This document shows positions 27,249 through 41,187 of a DNA stretch of 64,000 nt, in pieces (positions within the stretch are counted from its first letter, which is position 1; each line of letters begins with the position of its first letter). This stretch comes from Escherichia coli (lineage in GTDB: Bacteria > Pseudomonadota > Gammaproteobacteria > Enterobacterales > Enterobacteriaceae): NCBI RefSeq assembly GCF_044647545.1, contig NZ_CP172818.1. The stretch is one strand, 5' to 3'. Below the pieces are notes generated by a model. It was not told where the DNA came from. It was given only the letters and a program-made list of their open reading frames with translations, and ran no database searches. Made by a program: the position numbers and the translations under genes.

Positions 27249-30200
27249 TTAAGCGATCGCGTTCTCTTCCAGTTCACGCATAAACTGGCGTACCCATTCG
27301 ATACGCGTTTTCCGCTCACTCAAATCCTGAATAAATTTCAGGCGCGTCGGACCATCAAGACGGTAATGCTGCGGCTGTTTTTGCAGCAAACCAATCAACC
27401 AGGCCGGATTAACGTGATTCTTCTCGGCAAATTCGATCACGCCGCCTTTCTCATTACCTTCCAGCTTCCTGATCCCCAGTTTCTGCGCTTGCTGGCGCAG
27501 ACGGGCAATATCCAGCAGGGTACGCGCCGGATCCGGCAGCAGGCCGAAGCGATCGATAAGCTCGACTTTGATCTCTTCCAGTTCGTTTTCCGTTTTGGCG
27601 CTGGCAATACGTTTGTAGAACGACAGACGCGTGTTCACGTCAGGGATGAAATCATCTGGCAATAGCGACGGCATCCGCAGCTCGACTTCTGTTTGCTGGC
27701 TGGTGAGATCTTCCAGCGACGGCTCGCGTCCGGCTTTCAGTGCATCGACGGCGTTTTCCAGCAACTCCATATACAGCGAGAAACCGATGGTTTCCATTGA
27801 GCCGCTTTGTTCTTCGCCAAGCAGTTCACCCGCGCCGCGAATCTCCAGATCGTGCGTTGCCAGCGCAAAACCTGCCCCGAGATCTTCCAGCGAGGCAATC
27901 GCTTCAAGACGTTTTTGTGCATCGGTAGTCATCGCTTTTGGATGCGGTGTCAGCAACCATGCATATGCCTGATGATGCGAACGTCCGACGCGACCGCGCA
28001 ACTGGTGCAACTGTGCCAGACCGAAGTGATCCGCGCGTTCAATGATAATGGTGTTGGCGGTAGGAATGTCGATCCCGGTTTCGATAATGGTGGTACAAAC
28101 CAGCACGTTGAAACGTTGATGATGGAAATCATTCATCACCCGTTCCAGTTCGCGCTCACGCATCTGCCCGTGACCGATGGCAATCCGCGCTTCAGGTACC
28201 AGTTCTGCCAGCCGTTCGGCGGCTTTCTGGATGTTTTCCACATCATTGTAAAGATAATAAACCTGCCCCCCGCGCAAAATTTCACGCAGGATCGCCTCCC
28301 TGACCACCAGGCTGTCATACTCACGGACAAAGGTTTTAACTGCCAGACGACGGGCGGGCGGCGTGGCGATAATCGACAGGTCACGCATTCCGCTCATTGC
28401 CATATTCAGCGTACGTGGGATCGGCGTTGCGGTAAGTGTCAGAATATCCACGTTCGCCCGCATCGCTTTAATGCGCTCTTTATGACGCACCCCGAAGCGG
28501 TGTTCTTCATCGACAATCAGCAGACCTAAATCTTTAAACTTGACGTCATTTTGCAGCAGTTTGTGCGTACCGATCAGAATATCGATTTTCCCTTCCGCCA
28601 CTTCCGCAAGGATTTGCGTCTGCTCTTTGGCGCTGCGGAAACGGGAGATCATTTCGATACGTACCGGCCAGTTGGCGAAACGGTCGCGGAAGTTGTCGTA
28701 ATGCTGCTGCGCGAGAAGGGTGGTAGGCACCAGCACCGCCACCTGTTTGTGGTTATCTACCGCCAGGAAAGCGGCGCGCATCGCCACTTCTGTTTTACCA
28801 AAGCCAACATCGCCGCACACCAGACGATCCATTGCCAGCGGCTGACACATGTCGCTAAGCACCGCATTAATGGCCTGCGCCTGATCCGGCGTGGTTTCAA
28901 ACGGGAAGCTGTCGCAGAACAACTGATACTGCTCACGATCGTGTTTAAACGCGTAGCCCTCTTTGGCGGCGCGTTGCGCGTAGATATCCAGCAATTCTGC
29001 CGCCACATCACGCACTTTTTCCGCCGCTTTCTGCCGCGCGCGTGACCACGCATCGCCGCCAAGTTTATGCAGCGGGGCGTTTTCTTCCGCGCCACCTGCG
29101 TAACGGCTAATCAGATGCAGTGACGACACAGGAACATACAGTTTGGCGTCGTTGGCATAGGTGAGCATCAGGTACTCGCCAGTAATGCCGCCCGCTTCCA
29201 GCGTGGTCATTCCTGCATAACGACCGACACCGTGCTCCAGATGGACCACCGGCTGACCAATATGCAGCTCCGCGAGGTTACGGATCAGTGTATCGGGGTT
29301 GATGGCGCGGCGAGAATCCTGACGACGGCGGGCAACGCGTTCACCGAGCAGATCGCTTTCGCAGATCAGCGCCAGATTACGTACCGTATCGACAAAACCA
29401 TGTTCGGCAGCGCCAATCATCAGATAACGCCCACGGTCGCTGGCTTCATCAAGACGCATAATGCGTTGAGGAGCAATTTTAATTCGCGCGAGCAGTTCAC
29501 CCAGTGCTTCACGGCGACCTTCACTTTCTACCGAGAACACCACCGGACCGTCGAAAGACTCGAGGAACTTACGCAGCGCATCCAGCGGCGCTTTTTGTTG
29601 TGCCTGAACGGCCAGGTCTGGCAGCTTCTGAAAACCTAAATTGGCATTCGCTGCTTTTGTCGGTAAATGTTCAGTTTTTAGCTGCACCCGCGGCCAGTTT
29701 TTCAGCTCTGAGAAGAGATCGTCCACGCGCAGCCAGAGCGATTGTGGCGGTAATAGCGGGCGCATCGGATCGACGCCGCGATTTTCAAAACGCGCCAGCG
29801 TGTCAGTCTGGAAACGTTCGGCACTGTTTTCCAGATCGCCAGTATTCACCAACAGCGTATTGGCAGGGAAATAACTGAACAGTGGCGGCAGCGGTTCGCT
29901 GAAGAATAGCGGCTGCCAGTACTCGATCCCGGCAGGTAATGTGCCTTTACTCACTTGCTGATAAATATGTTCCGGATCGCGCTTCACTTCGAAGGTATCA
30001 CGCCACTGGCTGCGGAACAGTTCAATTGCCGCTTTATCGGTCGGAAATTCGTGCGCGGGCAGCAGATTGATCTCTTCTACTTCCTCCAGCGTGCGCTGGC
30101 TATCGACGTCAAACACTCGCAGGCTGTCGATTTCATCATCAAAGAAATCAAGACGATAAGGCAGCTCACTCCCCATCGGGAAGAGATCCAGCAACGCGCC

Positions 30201-30695
30201 GCGCGTGGCGTATTCGCCGTGCTCCATCACCTGGTCAACATGGCGATAACCGGCGCTGTCCAGTTGGGTTCGTAATGCATCTCGTGACAGGCGCTGACCT
30301 TTTTTCATCACCAGCGCATGACCGTGGAGAAAACTGTGCGGGCAAACGCGCTGCATAAGCGTATTCACCGGAACAATCAGTACGCCACGCTGCATCGTCG
30401 GTAGCTGGTAAAGGGTGGAAAGGCGCGAGGAGATAATGTCCTGATGAGGCGAAAAACTGTCATAGGGAAGGGTTTCCCAGTCCGCCAGATTCATCACCAT
30501 CTGATCGGTAAACTGGCTGATTTCATCATGCAAACGCAGAGCATTTTGCATATCTGGCGCAATAAGCACCACCGGTCCGGTGTGACGTTCGGCAATTTCC
30601 GCTACCAGCGTCGCACAGGCAGCGCCGGTTAACTCGCCCAGCAGACGCTGCTCACCCGCTTTGACGGGCAGCGTATAACGATATTGTTCAGGCAT
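27249..30695 (-). CDS. mfd: transcription-repair coupling factor Mfd (1148 aa from ATG at 30695)
   Basis: ORF track 27249..30758; MPEQYRYTLPVKAGEQ start; Walker A GDVGFGKTEVA, DEEH box. Confidence 0.95.
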   Translation of the reverse strand: MPEQYRYTLPVKAGEQRLLGELTGAACATLVAEIAERHTGPVVLIAPDMQNALRLHDEISQFTDQMVMNLADWETLPYDSFSPHQDIISSRLSTLYQLPTMQRGVLIVPVNTLMQRVCPHSFLHGHALVMKKGQRLSRDALRTQLDSAGYRHVDQVMEHGEYATRGALLDLFPMGSELPYRLDFFDDEIDSLRVFDVDSQRTLEEVEEINLLPAHEFPTDKAAIELFRSQWRDTFEVKRDPEHIYQQVSKGTLPAGIEYWQPLFFSEPLPPLFSYFPANTLLVNTGDLENSAERFQTDTLARFENRGVDPMRPLLPPQSLWLRVDDLFSELKNWPRVQLKTEHLPTKAANANLGFQKLPDLAVQAQQKAPLDALRKFLESFDGPVVFSVESEGRREALGELLARIKIAPQRIMRLDEASDRGRYLMIGAAEHGFVDTVRNLALICESDLLGERVARRRQDSRRAINPDTLIRNLAELHIGQPVVHLEHGVGRYAGMTTLEAGGITGEYLMLTYANDAKLYVPVSSLHLISRYAGGAEENAPLHKLGGDAWSRARQKAAEKVRDVAAELLDIYAQRAAKEGYAFKHDREQYQLFCDSFPFETTPDQAQAINAVLSDMCQPLAMDRLVCGDVGFGKTEVAMRAAFLAVDNHKQVAVLVPTTLLAQQHYDNFRDRFANWPVRIEMISRFRSAKEQTQILAEVAEGKIDILIGTHKLLQNDVKFKDLGLLIVDEEHRFGVRHKERIKAMRANVDILTLTATPIPRTLNMAMSGMRDLSIIATPPARRLAVKTFVREYDSLVVREAILREILRGGQVYYLYNDVENIQKAAERLAELVPEARIAIGHGQMRERELERVMNDFHHQRFNVLVCTTIIETGIDIPTANTIIIERADHFGLAQLHQLRGRVGRSHHQAYAWLLTPHPKAMTTDAQKRLEAIASLEDLGAGFALATHDLEIRGAGELLGEEQSGSMETIGFSLYMELLENAVDALKAGREPSLEDLTSQQTEVELRMPSLLPDDFIPDVNTRLSFYKRIASAKTENELEEIKVELIDRFGLLPDPARTLLDIARLRQQAQKLGIRKLEGNEKGGVIEFAEKNHVNPAWLIGLLQKQPQHYRLDGPTRLKFIQDLSERKTRIEWVRQFMRELEENAIA

Positions 30696-30799
30696 AACGG
30701 TTGTCAGATTCTCGTTAGGATACGCCTCAACATATGGGGGCATATCTCTGATAAGCAATGCTGTTCATTATCCGTAATCGACATGGTTTAGCAAATTGA

Positions 30800-30819
30800 A
30801 TCGCCCCGGCTGGGGCGAT
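30800..30819 (-). terminator. perfect inverted repeat downstream of ycfT (possible terminator)
   Basis: atcgccccggctggggcgat palindrome; weak U-tract on minus strand. Confidence 0.3.
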
Positions 30820-30822
30820 GGC

Positions 30823-31896
30823 TTAGCGGGAGTAACTGACGGCCGCGGGCAGAGAAGGCGGGGAGAACAACAGATCGCTGAATGCGCGCTGTGAAAGTTT
30901 TCTTACCAGCAAGCCCGCAACAGTACAGATGAACAAACTAACAAAGGGGTAAACCAGCAGGAGTGTCAGTTCGACTTGCGGCGACAAGCGTGCTGCGTTC
31001 ATTTGCGCAAGCAGAGTTAAGCTGAATATTTCAACCAGAATGCGATGGGTGGTGTAGATAGCAATGGTGTTGGAACCAATCACATTCAGCAGGCTGGTGG
31101 AGCGCATACCGAAACGTTGCTCGTATTGATAAAACAGCTTTATGATCACCACAATCGATACCAGCGACAACAGCAGCGAGATAGTACACAACCAGGCACC
31201 GACCGCCAGAACGGTCAGCAAAGAAGCCATCAGCAGATGGCGGCGCAACGGCACCTCTTTAACACAGGTCATTAATGTTGCGCCAAACCATGCGCCAAGG
31301 CTGTAATAAGGCAAATTGCGGATCACACTGTTCATTCCCCACCACGGCGTGGGAACGAAATTAACCGCCACACTCATCAGTACAAACAAGGCGAATAGTG
31401 GCAGCGCCAGACGGCTAAAAATTTTACATACCACGAAATAGACAATTAACGCATACAGATACCACAAACTGGTGCTGGCGGTGATCATCCCGTGCAGGAA
31501 CTCACCGGTGGAATCGGCATACGCGGCATTGGAGGCATTGCTTAAATCGCGCTCAGGTGCCAGCCACTGGTTCAACGCACTTAACGCCAGCCACTGCACC
31601 ACGCCCCAAAGCGCCAGCACCCAGAAGATGTTCCAGATGCGTTTATCGAGACAATTTCCCCACGGTACGCTGTCGATATAGCGGCGAATCAAATAGCCGG
31701 AAATAAAGAAAAAAACCGGCATACGAAAGGGGGCAAGGTAAAGATTGAAATAGATCCAGCATTTGCTCAGGACTTCCGATAACGGATGCTGAAAAGTGGT
31801 GAGATGCGGATAAAAGGTAATGACCGAGTGATAAATCACCACCAGACAAATACATAACCCTTTGATCTGGTTAATCCATAGCTCTTTTTGTTTCAT
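30823..31896 (-). CDS. ycfT: acyltransferase-3 family inner membrane protein YcfT
   Basis: ORF track 357 aa, multi-pass hydrophobic. Confidence 0.85.
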   Translation of the reverse strand: MKQKELWINQIKGLCICLVVIYHSVITFYPHLTTFQHPLSEVLSKCWIYFNLYLAPFRMPVFFFISGYLIRRYIDSVPWGNCLDKRIWNIFWVLALWGVVQWLALSALNQWLAPERDLSNASNAAYADSTGEFLHGMITASTSLWYLYALIVYFVVCKIFSRLALPLFALFVLMSVAVNFVPTPWWGMNSVIRNLPYYSLGAWFGATLMTCVKEVPLRRHLLMASLLTVLAVGAWLCTISLLLSLVSIVVIIKLFYQYEQRFGMRSTSLLNVIGSNTIAIYTTHRILVEIFSLTLLAQMNAARLSPQVELTLLLVYPFVSLFICTVAGLLVRKLSQRAFSDLLFSPPSLPAAVSYSR

Positions 31897-32045
31897 CAGG
31901 ACAACACGCTCTTTTTATTTAACATGCTGTTGATCCTGAGGGGCCAGTCGCGTGGTGTAATGCGTATCTGTCTGTATTTGGTTATTTTTCAGATAAAGAT
32001 CAGGCCACAAGGCCAATGAGATAATGAGGCCCTTTAGTCGATTGA

Positions 32046-35294
<3,249 letters not shown>

Positions 35295-35322
35295 AGGCAG
35301 TACATTAAAACAAGGAGCGGCA

Positions 35323-36234
35323 ATGTATTACGGGTTTGATATTGGTGGAACAAAAATTGCGCTAGGCGTGTTTGATAGCGGTCGGCAGTTGCAGTGGGAA
35401 AAGCGGGTGCCGACACCGCGTGACAGCTATGACGCATTTTTAGATGCAGTGTGTGAGCTGGTAGCTGAAGCTGACCAACGTTTTGGCTGTAAAGGCTCTG
35501 TCGGCATCGGTATTCCGGGAATGCCGGAAACAGAAGATGGTACGCTGTATGCCGCCAATGTCCCCGCTGCCAGCGGTAAACCGCTGCGTGCCGACCTGAG
35601 CGCACGTCTTGATCGCGATGTACGCCTTGATAACGATGCCAACTGTTTTGCCCTTTCAGAAGCCTGGGATGATGAATTTACTCAATATCCACTGGTGATG
35701 GGGTTGATTCTCGGCACCGGCGTTGGCGGTGGGCTGATTTTCAACGGCAAACCGATTACCGGTAAAAGCTACATTACCGGCGAGTTTGGCCATATGCGTC
35801 TGCCGGTTGATGCGTTAACCATGATGGGGTTGGATTTCCCGTTACGCCGCTGCGGCTGTGGTCAGCATGGCTGCATTGAAAATTATCTGTCTGGTCGCGG
35901 TTTTGCGTGGCTGTATCAACACTATTATCATCAACCGTTGCAGGCTCCTGAGATCATTGCGCTTTATGATCAAGGCGATGAGCAGGCAAGGGCGCACGTT
36001 GAGCGTTATCTGGATTTATTAGCGGTTTGTCTGGGAAATATCCTGACCATTGTTGACCCTGACCTGGTCGTCATTGGTGGTGGCTTATCGAATTTCCCGG
36101 CAATCACAACGCAACTGGCGGACAGGCTGCCTCGTCATCTCTTACCTGTAGCTCGTGTTCCGCGCATTGAACGCGCGCGCCACGGTGATGCGGGGGGAAT
36201 GCGTGGTGCGGCCTTCCTACATCTAACCGATTAA
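35323..36234 (+). CDS. nagK: N-acetyl-D-glucosamine kinase NagK (303 aa from ATG at 35323)
   Basis: ORF track 35263..36234; [21 protein letters not shown]-family start. Confidence 0.92.
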
Positions 36235-36249
36235 TCAACAGAGGTTGCT

Positions 36250-37071
36250 ATGCTGTCGCGTCGGGGTCATCGGTTAAGTCGTTTTCGTAAAAATAAACGC
36301 CGTCTGCGCGAGCGTTTGCGTCAGCGTATTTTTTTCAGAGATAAAGTGGTGCCGGAAGCAATGGAAAAACCAAGAGTACTCGTACTGACAGGGGCAGGGA
36401 TTTCTGCGGAATCAGGTATTCGTACCTTTCGCGCCGCAGATGGCCTGTGGGAAGAACATCGGGTTGAAGATGTGGCAACGCCGGAAGGTTTCGATCGCGA
36501 TCCTGAACTGGTACAAGCGTTTTATAACGCCCGTCGCCGACAGCTGCAGCAGCCAGAAATTCAGCCTAACGCCGCGCATCTTGCGCTGGCTAAACTGCAA
36601 GACGCCCTCGGCGATCGCTTTTTGCTGGTGACGCAGAATATCGACAACCTTCATGAGCGTGCCGGTAACACCAATGTTATTCATATGCATGGGGAACTGC
36701 TGAAAGTTCGTTGTTCACAAAGTGGTCAGGTTCTCGACTGGACCGGAGACGTTACCCCAGAAGATAAATGCCATTGCTGCCAGTTCCCGGCACCCTTGCG
36801 ACCGCACGTAGTGTGGTTTGGCGAAATGCCACTCGGCATGGATGAAATTTATATGGCGTTGTCGATGGCCGATATTTTCATTGCCATTGGTACTTCGGGG
36901 CATGTTTATCCAGCGGCTGGGTTTGTTCACGAAGCGAAACTGCATGGCGCGCACACCGTGGAACTGAATCTTGAACCAAGTCAGGTCGGTAATGAATTCG
37001 CCGAGAAATATTACGGCCCGGCAAGCCAGGTGGTGCCAGAATTTGTTGAAAAGTTGCTGAAGGGCTTATAA
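36250..37071 (+). CDS. cobB: NAD-dependent protein deacylase (sirtuin) CobB, long form with Arg-rich N-terminal extension
   Basis: ORF track 273 aa; [14 protein letters not shown] sirtuin motif; internal Met (MEKPRVLVL, nt 36361) would give the short isoform. Confidence 0.9.
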   Translation: MLSRRGHRLSRFRKNKRRLRERLRQRIFFRDKVVPEAMEKPRVLVLTGAGISAESGIRTFRAADGLWEEHRVEDVATPEGFDRDPELVQAFYNARRRQLQQPEIQPNAAHLALAKLQDALGDRFLLVTQNIDNLHERAGNTNVIHMHGELLKVRCSQSGQVLDWTGDVTPEDKCHCCQFPAPLRPHVVWFGEMPLGMDEIYMALSMADIFIAIGTSGHVYPAAGFVHEAKLHGAHTVELNLEPSQVGNEFAEKYYGPASQVVPEFVEKLLKGL

Positions 37072-37084
37072 AGCGGGAAGCATT

Positions 37085-37180
37085 GCCTGATGCGCTACGC
37101 TTATCAGGCCTACAAGGGGACGCAATTAATTGAATTTGCGGGTTTTGTGGGCCAGATAAGGCGTTCGCGCCGCATCCGGC
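37085..37180. repeat. REP/BIME palindromic repeat cluster
   Basis: gcctgatgcgctacgcttatcaggc and gccagataaggcgttcgcgccgcatccggc between cobB and ycfZ. Confidence 0.8.
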
Positions 37181-37208
37181 ATAATAGACGCACACTTTAC
37201 TGCCTCTT

Positions 37209-37997
37209 TTACCGTTTACTCGTCAATAACAACGCGGCAATAAACGTACAGACACCAATCAGCCCTGCCCAGAGCGGCGATATTCTGGTAATTGCAAAGC
37301 TATTATCGATATACAGGCATAAAGCCTGATAGCCCATATTGGCAACAGTCATCGCCACTGCAAACTTTAATGCATAATTAAGGCGCGTCGTGTAGTTAAA
37401 AAATGCCGTAAAGACGATGAATGCAACCGCCCAGGCAAAAAGGCCTAATGTCGTGGTACTGCCGGGAGGATCATTCTCCTGCTGTTGTCCGGGATGCGGA
37501 TAATATGTCAGTGGCGGCGTCGGTTGTTTTAATATCTGTGCTTGTAAAACAGCCAATGCATTATTGATTCCCTGATACCAGAGATCTACATGTAAATAAG
37601 CCAGAGTGTGATTTTCTACCAGAAGGCCGAGATGTTTATCGTCCATACTGCTTTCGACCTGGCCGTTGGTTATCATAATTAACCGTGGCTCGCGGGTAGT
37701 AAAGAGTAACAGAACACTTCCTTTTACATTACTCATTGAAGATGCCGCATGCGCCAGCATCGCTTTGCCATTTTGCCTGAGACTGGCTTCATTATTAATG
37801 TCGGGTAAAACCACAATAAACGGTACAACTCCGGTTTGTTGGCGAAAAAGTTCGGCTTTATGCGCGATCTCTTCAGCATCTGGTACAGTACCGGTAACAT
37901 CCGTAAAAAGTGTCTTCATTATTGGAATTAAGGGCTTACTGATTGCCGTCAGAGGCAGGAACATCAGTAAACTGAGCAGTATCATGATTTTTTTCAT
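37209..37997 (-). CDS. ycfZ: inner membrane protein YcfZ
   Basis: ORF track 262 aa; N-terminal signal/TM and C-terminal TM segments. Confidence 0.85.
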   Translation of the reverse strand: MKKIMILLSLLMFLPLTAISKPLIPIMKTLFTDVTGTVPDAEEIAHKAELFRQQTGVVPFIVVLPDINNEASLRQNGKAMLAHAASSMSNVKGSVLLLFTTREPRLIMITNGQVESSMDDKHLGLLVENHTLAYLHVDLWYQGINNALAVLQAQILKQPTPPLTYYPHPGQQQENDPPGSTTTLGLFAWAVAFIVFTAFFNYTTRLNYALKFAVAMTVANMGYQALCLYIDNSFAITRISPLWAGLIGVCTFIAALLLTSKR

Positions 37998-38455
37998 GGG
38001 CGGGACTTCCGTTTCCTGCGTGTCTTTTTAGAGGAGGGCATACTGATTAATAAACCGACGGCGATAAAAATAACGCCCATAATGCCGATAAACCCCCATT
38101 TAAAAAAATTAACCCACGGGTTATTTATCTCAGCCTTTTCAGGATGTCCTGGAGAATAATAAACATTAACTTTATCGCCTTCGCTGTCTTCATAAAAATC
38201 GCTGCCAATACTCGAATTGAAAATTAGCGTGTAATCTGGCGTCGGACGAAAGGCAACGACGGGATACCACGAACCATTTTTACCCGTGCGATGAGAATGA
38301 CTGGAGTGCCAGACGGTATCAACAATGACGCCTTCAGTATGAATCGCGTCTTTGCTATAGGTGAACTGGTTATAAAAGATAACAACAGAAATGAGGATCA
38401 GTACCAGACCGATACCGAAGAATATACGAAAGAAAACTTTACTGTCCTGACTCAT
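37994..38455 (-). CDS. ymfA: inner membrane protein YmfA (153 aa from ATG at 38455; ORF track extends to 38497)
   Basis: ORF track 37994..38497; two TM helices; 4-nt overlap with ycfZ. Confidence 0.8.
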   Translation of the reverse strand: MSQDSKVFFRIFFGIGLVLILISVVIFYNQFTYSKDAIHTEGVIVDTVWHSSHSHRTGKNGSWYPVVAFRPTPDYTLIFNSSIGSDFYEDSEGDKVNVYYSPGHPEKAEINNPWVNFFKWGFIGIMGVIFIAVGLLISMPSSKKTRRKRKSRP

Positions 38456-38474
38456 TAGCCACATCCTTGCTAAA

Positions 38475-38503
38475 TAAAAAACGGGCGGTAATACCACCGC
38501 CCG
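38475..38503 (-). terminator. rho-independent terminator after potD
   Basis: minus-strand hairpin cgggcggtggtattaccgcccg followed by U-run (plus strand aaaaaacgggcggtaataccaccgcccg). Confidence 0.7.
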
Positions 38504-38512
38504 CTTGCTGAA

Positions 38513-39559
38513 TTAACGTCCTGCTTTCAGCTTCTGATAATACTCTTCATAAATGCTGCTGGCTACGCCAACGTCATTCTGCCATTCACCATTTTTAATG
38601 GTTTCAGCATCCGGGTAGAGCGTTTTATCGTTCGCCACTTCCGGACTTAACAGCTTACGCGCCGCAAGGTTTGGCGTTGGATAACCGATAGTTTCAGCAA
38701 CCTGTTTTGCCACATCCGGGCGCAGCAGGAAGTTGATCAATTTCAGCGCGCCTTCTTTGTTTTTGGCATTTGCCGGGATCGCCAGGCTGTCCATCCAGAA
38801 AATGCCGCCTTCTTTCGGCCACACCACGTCAATTGGCGTACCCGACTGCCGTGCAACGAAAGCAGAACCGTTCCAGATCATGCCGAGGTTAACTTCGCCT
38901 TCCATATACGGGTTAGCGGGGTTATCGGAGTTAAACGCCGCGACGTTTGGCATCAGTTTTTTCAGCTCGTTGTATGCAGCTTCAATCTCTTTCGGATCGG
39001 TGGTGTTACCGGAGTAGCCTAGCTTACGCAGCGCCATCTGGAACACTTCACGGGCATCGTCGGTCAGCAGCAGGCTGCCTTTGTACTCAGGCTTCCACAG
39101 ATCGGCCCAGCTGGTAACGGATTTCGGATCTACCGCATCACCGTTAACGCCAATCGCCGTCGCCCCCCAGATATACGGAATGGAGTAATCGTTATTCGGG
39201 TCAAACGGCTTATTGAGCATGTCTGGATCGAGATTGCTGAAGTTCGTTAACTTCGACTTGTCGATCTTCTGGATCATCCCTTCTTTACGCATTTTATCGA
39301 CGTAATAGGTTGAAGGAACCACCAGGTCATAGGCACCGTCTTTGTACGTTTTCAGCTTGGCATACATGGTTTCGTTCGACTCGTAAGTCGAATAGATAAC
39401 CTTAATACCGGTTTCTTTGGTGAACTGTTCAAGCAGTCCTGGCGGCACGTACTCGGTCCAGTTGTAGAAATACAGCGTGTTGTTGTCATCGGCGTGAGCG
39501 GCGCTCATGCCCAGTGCCAGAGCACCCGCCGCGAGCAGGTGGCGTGACCATTTTTTCAT
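38513..39559 (-). CDS. potD: spermidine/putrescine ABC transporter periplasmic binding protein
   Basis: ORF track 348 aa, signal peptide MKKWSRHLLAAGALALGMSAAHA. Confidence 0.95.
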   Translation of the reverse strand: MKKWSRHLLAAGALALGMSAAHADDNNTLYFYNWTEYVPPGLLEQFTKETGIKVIYSTYESNETMYAKLKTYKDGAYDLVVPSTYYVDKMRKEGMIQKIDKSKLTNFSNLDPDMLNKPFDPNNDYSIPYIWGATAIGVNGDAVDPKSVTSWADLWKPEYKGSLLLTDDAREVFQMALRKLGYSGNTTDPKEIEAAYNELKKLMPNVAAFNSDNPANPYMEGEVNLGMIWNGSAFVARQSGTPIDVVWPKEGGIFWMDSLAIPANAKNKEGALKLINFLLRPDVAKQVAETIGYPTPNLAARKLLSPEVANDKTLYPDAETIKNGEWQNDVGVASSIYEEYYQKLKAGR

Positions 39560-40350
39560 TTAACGTCCCCTGTGTTACCTTTCGTTTTATCACGAGCAAT
39601 AAGCTGGCTGGCAATTACCATCACCAGCGACAGCACCAGTAATATGGTTGCCAGCGCGTTAACTTCCGGCGATACGCCGACTTTGACCATCGAATAAATT
39701 TTTAACGGCAGAATTTCATAACTCGGCCCGGTGACAAACGAAGAAACTACTACATCGTCCATCGACAGGGTAAAGCTTAACACCCAGCCCGCCGCTACCG
39801 CTGGCATTGCCAGTGGCAGAATGATTTTTCGCAGAATGGTAAATTCGCTGGCACCGAGATCTTTCGCCGCTTCCAGCATTCGCACGTCAAAACCTTTCAG
39901 GCGCGAATACACTGTCACTACCACAAATGGCAGGCAGAAGGTGATATGCGAGAACAGCAGCGACCAGAAGCCAAGCTGAATACCCAGCAGCATAAACAGC
40001 ACCAGCAGCGAAATCGCCATCACGATATCTGGTGACATCATCACCACAAACAGCATTCCGCTAACGAACGGCTTACCACGAAAGCGATAACGGTACAGCG
40101 CAACTGCCGTCAGTGAACCGATAAGCGTAGCAAACGTCGCCGAAAACACCGCCATTGTTAGTGAATGCTGCGCTGCCTGTAACAGGCTGTCGTTGTTCAT
40201 CAGCAGGCTATACCATTTGGTGGTAAAACCTTGCCAGTTGATGCCAAAGCGCGAGCTGTTAAAGGAGTTCACAATCAAAATAATGATTGGGATATACAGG
40301 TACGCGTAGATAGCGGTCATAAAACCGCCGCGAAGCAGTCGACCGATCAT
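39556..40350 (-). CDS. potC: spermidine/putrescine ABC transporter permease
   Basis: ORF track 264 aa; 4-nt overlap with potD. Confidence 0.95.
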   Translation of the reverse strand: MIGRLLRGGFMTAIYAYLYIPIIILIVNSFNSSRFGINWQGFTTKWYSLLMNNDSLLQAAQHSLTMAVFSATFATLIGSLTAVALYRYRFRGKPFVSGMLFVVMMSPDIVMAISLLVLFMLLGIQLGFWSLLFSHITFCLPFVVVTVYSRLKGFDVRMLEAAKDLGASEFTILRKIILPLAMPAVAAGWVLSFTLSMDDVVVSSFVTGPSYEILPLKIYSMVKVGVSPEVNALATILLVLSLVMVIASQLIARDKTKGNTGDVK

Positions 40351-41174
40351 TCGAGTTCCACCTTCTTATTCAGCAAACGAGAAGCGCGCCAGTAAACCAG
40401 CAACATCAGGCCCATTACGATAGTCAGCGTAATGCTGGTGGCTGCACCAAACGGCCAGTCACGAATATTGAGGAACTGTACTTTGATGACGTTACCGATC
40501 AGCAGGTTTTTCGCACCGCCCATCAGGTCGGACACATAGAACAGGCCCATCGCTGGCAGCATCACCAGCAGACATCCGGCAATAATCCCCGGCATCGTCA
40601 GTGGAATAATGATGCGGATAAAAGTCTGTAACTTGCTGGCACCGAGATCGCGCGCCGCCTCAAGCAACGGCTTATCCAGTTTTTCGATACTGGAGTACAG
40701 CGGCATCACCATAAACGGCAGCAGAATGTAAACCAGACCGATAATCACCGCACTGGGCGTGAACATGATGCGAATTGGTGTATCGATAACGCCCAGCCAG
40801 AGCAAAAACTCGTTGAGATAGCCTTTGGTGCTGAGGAAAATTTTCAGCCCGTAGATACGAATCAATGAGTTGGTCCAGAACGGAACAATCAGCAGAAACA
40901 GCAGCAGCGGACGCACCTTGTGTGGCAACTTCGCCAGAAACCAGGCAAAAGGATAGCCCAGCACCAGGCAGGCGAGGGTGGCGATCAGCGCCATATTCAG
41001 CGAGTGCAATAGCACTTCAAAATAGAGCGGATCGAGCAGACGCGTGTAGTTATCCAGCGTAAAGACCATTTTGACGAAACTGGCGTCGTCGCGGGTCAAA
41101 AAGCTGGTGCCAATGATCATCAGGTTGGGCAGAAAGACAAACAACACAAGCCAACCGACAATAGTGACAATCAC
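40347..41174 (-). CDS. potB: spermidine/putrescine ABC transporter permease (275 aa from GTG at 41174; ORF track extends to 41204)
   Basis: ORF track 40347..41204; 4-nt overlap with potC; start choice from remembered protein length. Confidence 0.88.
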   Translation of the reverse strand: MIVTIVGWLVLFVFLPNLMIIGTSFLTRDDASFVKMVFTLDNYTRLLDPLYFEVLLHSLNMALIATLACLVLGYPFAWFLAKLPHKVRPLLLFLLIVPFWTNSLIRIYGLKIFLSTKGYLNEFLLWLGVIDTPIRIMFTPSAVIIGLVYILLPFMVMPLYSSIEKLDKPLLEAARDLGASKLQTFIRIIIPLTMPGIIAGCLLVMLPAMGLFYVSDLMGGAKNLLIGNVIKVQFLNIRDWPFGAATSITLTIVMGLMLLVYWRASRLLNKKVELE

Positions 41175-41187
41175 TACATTCTGGAAC

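Noticed and set aside
27192-29878. Several plus-strand ORFs of 77-240 aa (e.g. 27192..27665, 27807..28529, 28551..29045)
   Set aside because: All lie antisense within mfd; low-complexity Arg/His-rich translations; no independent start or RBS signals.
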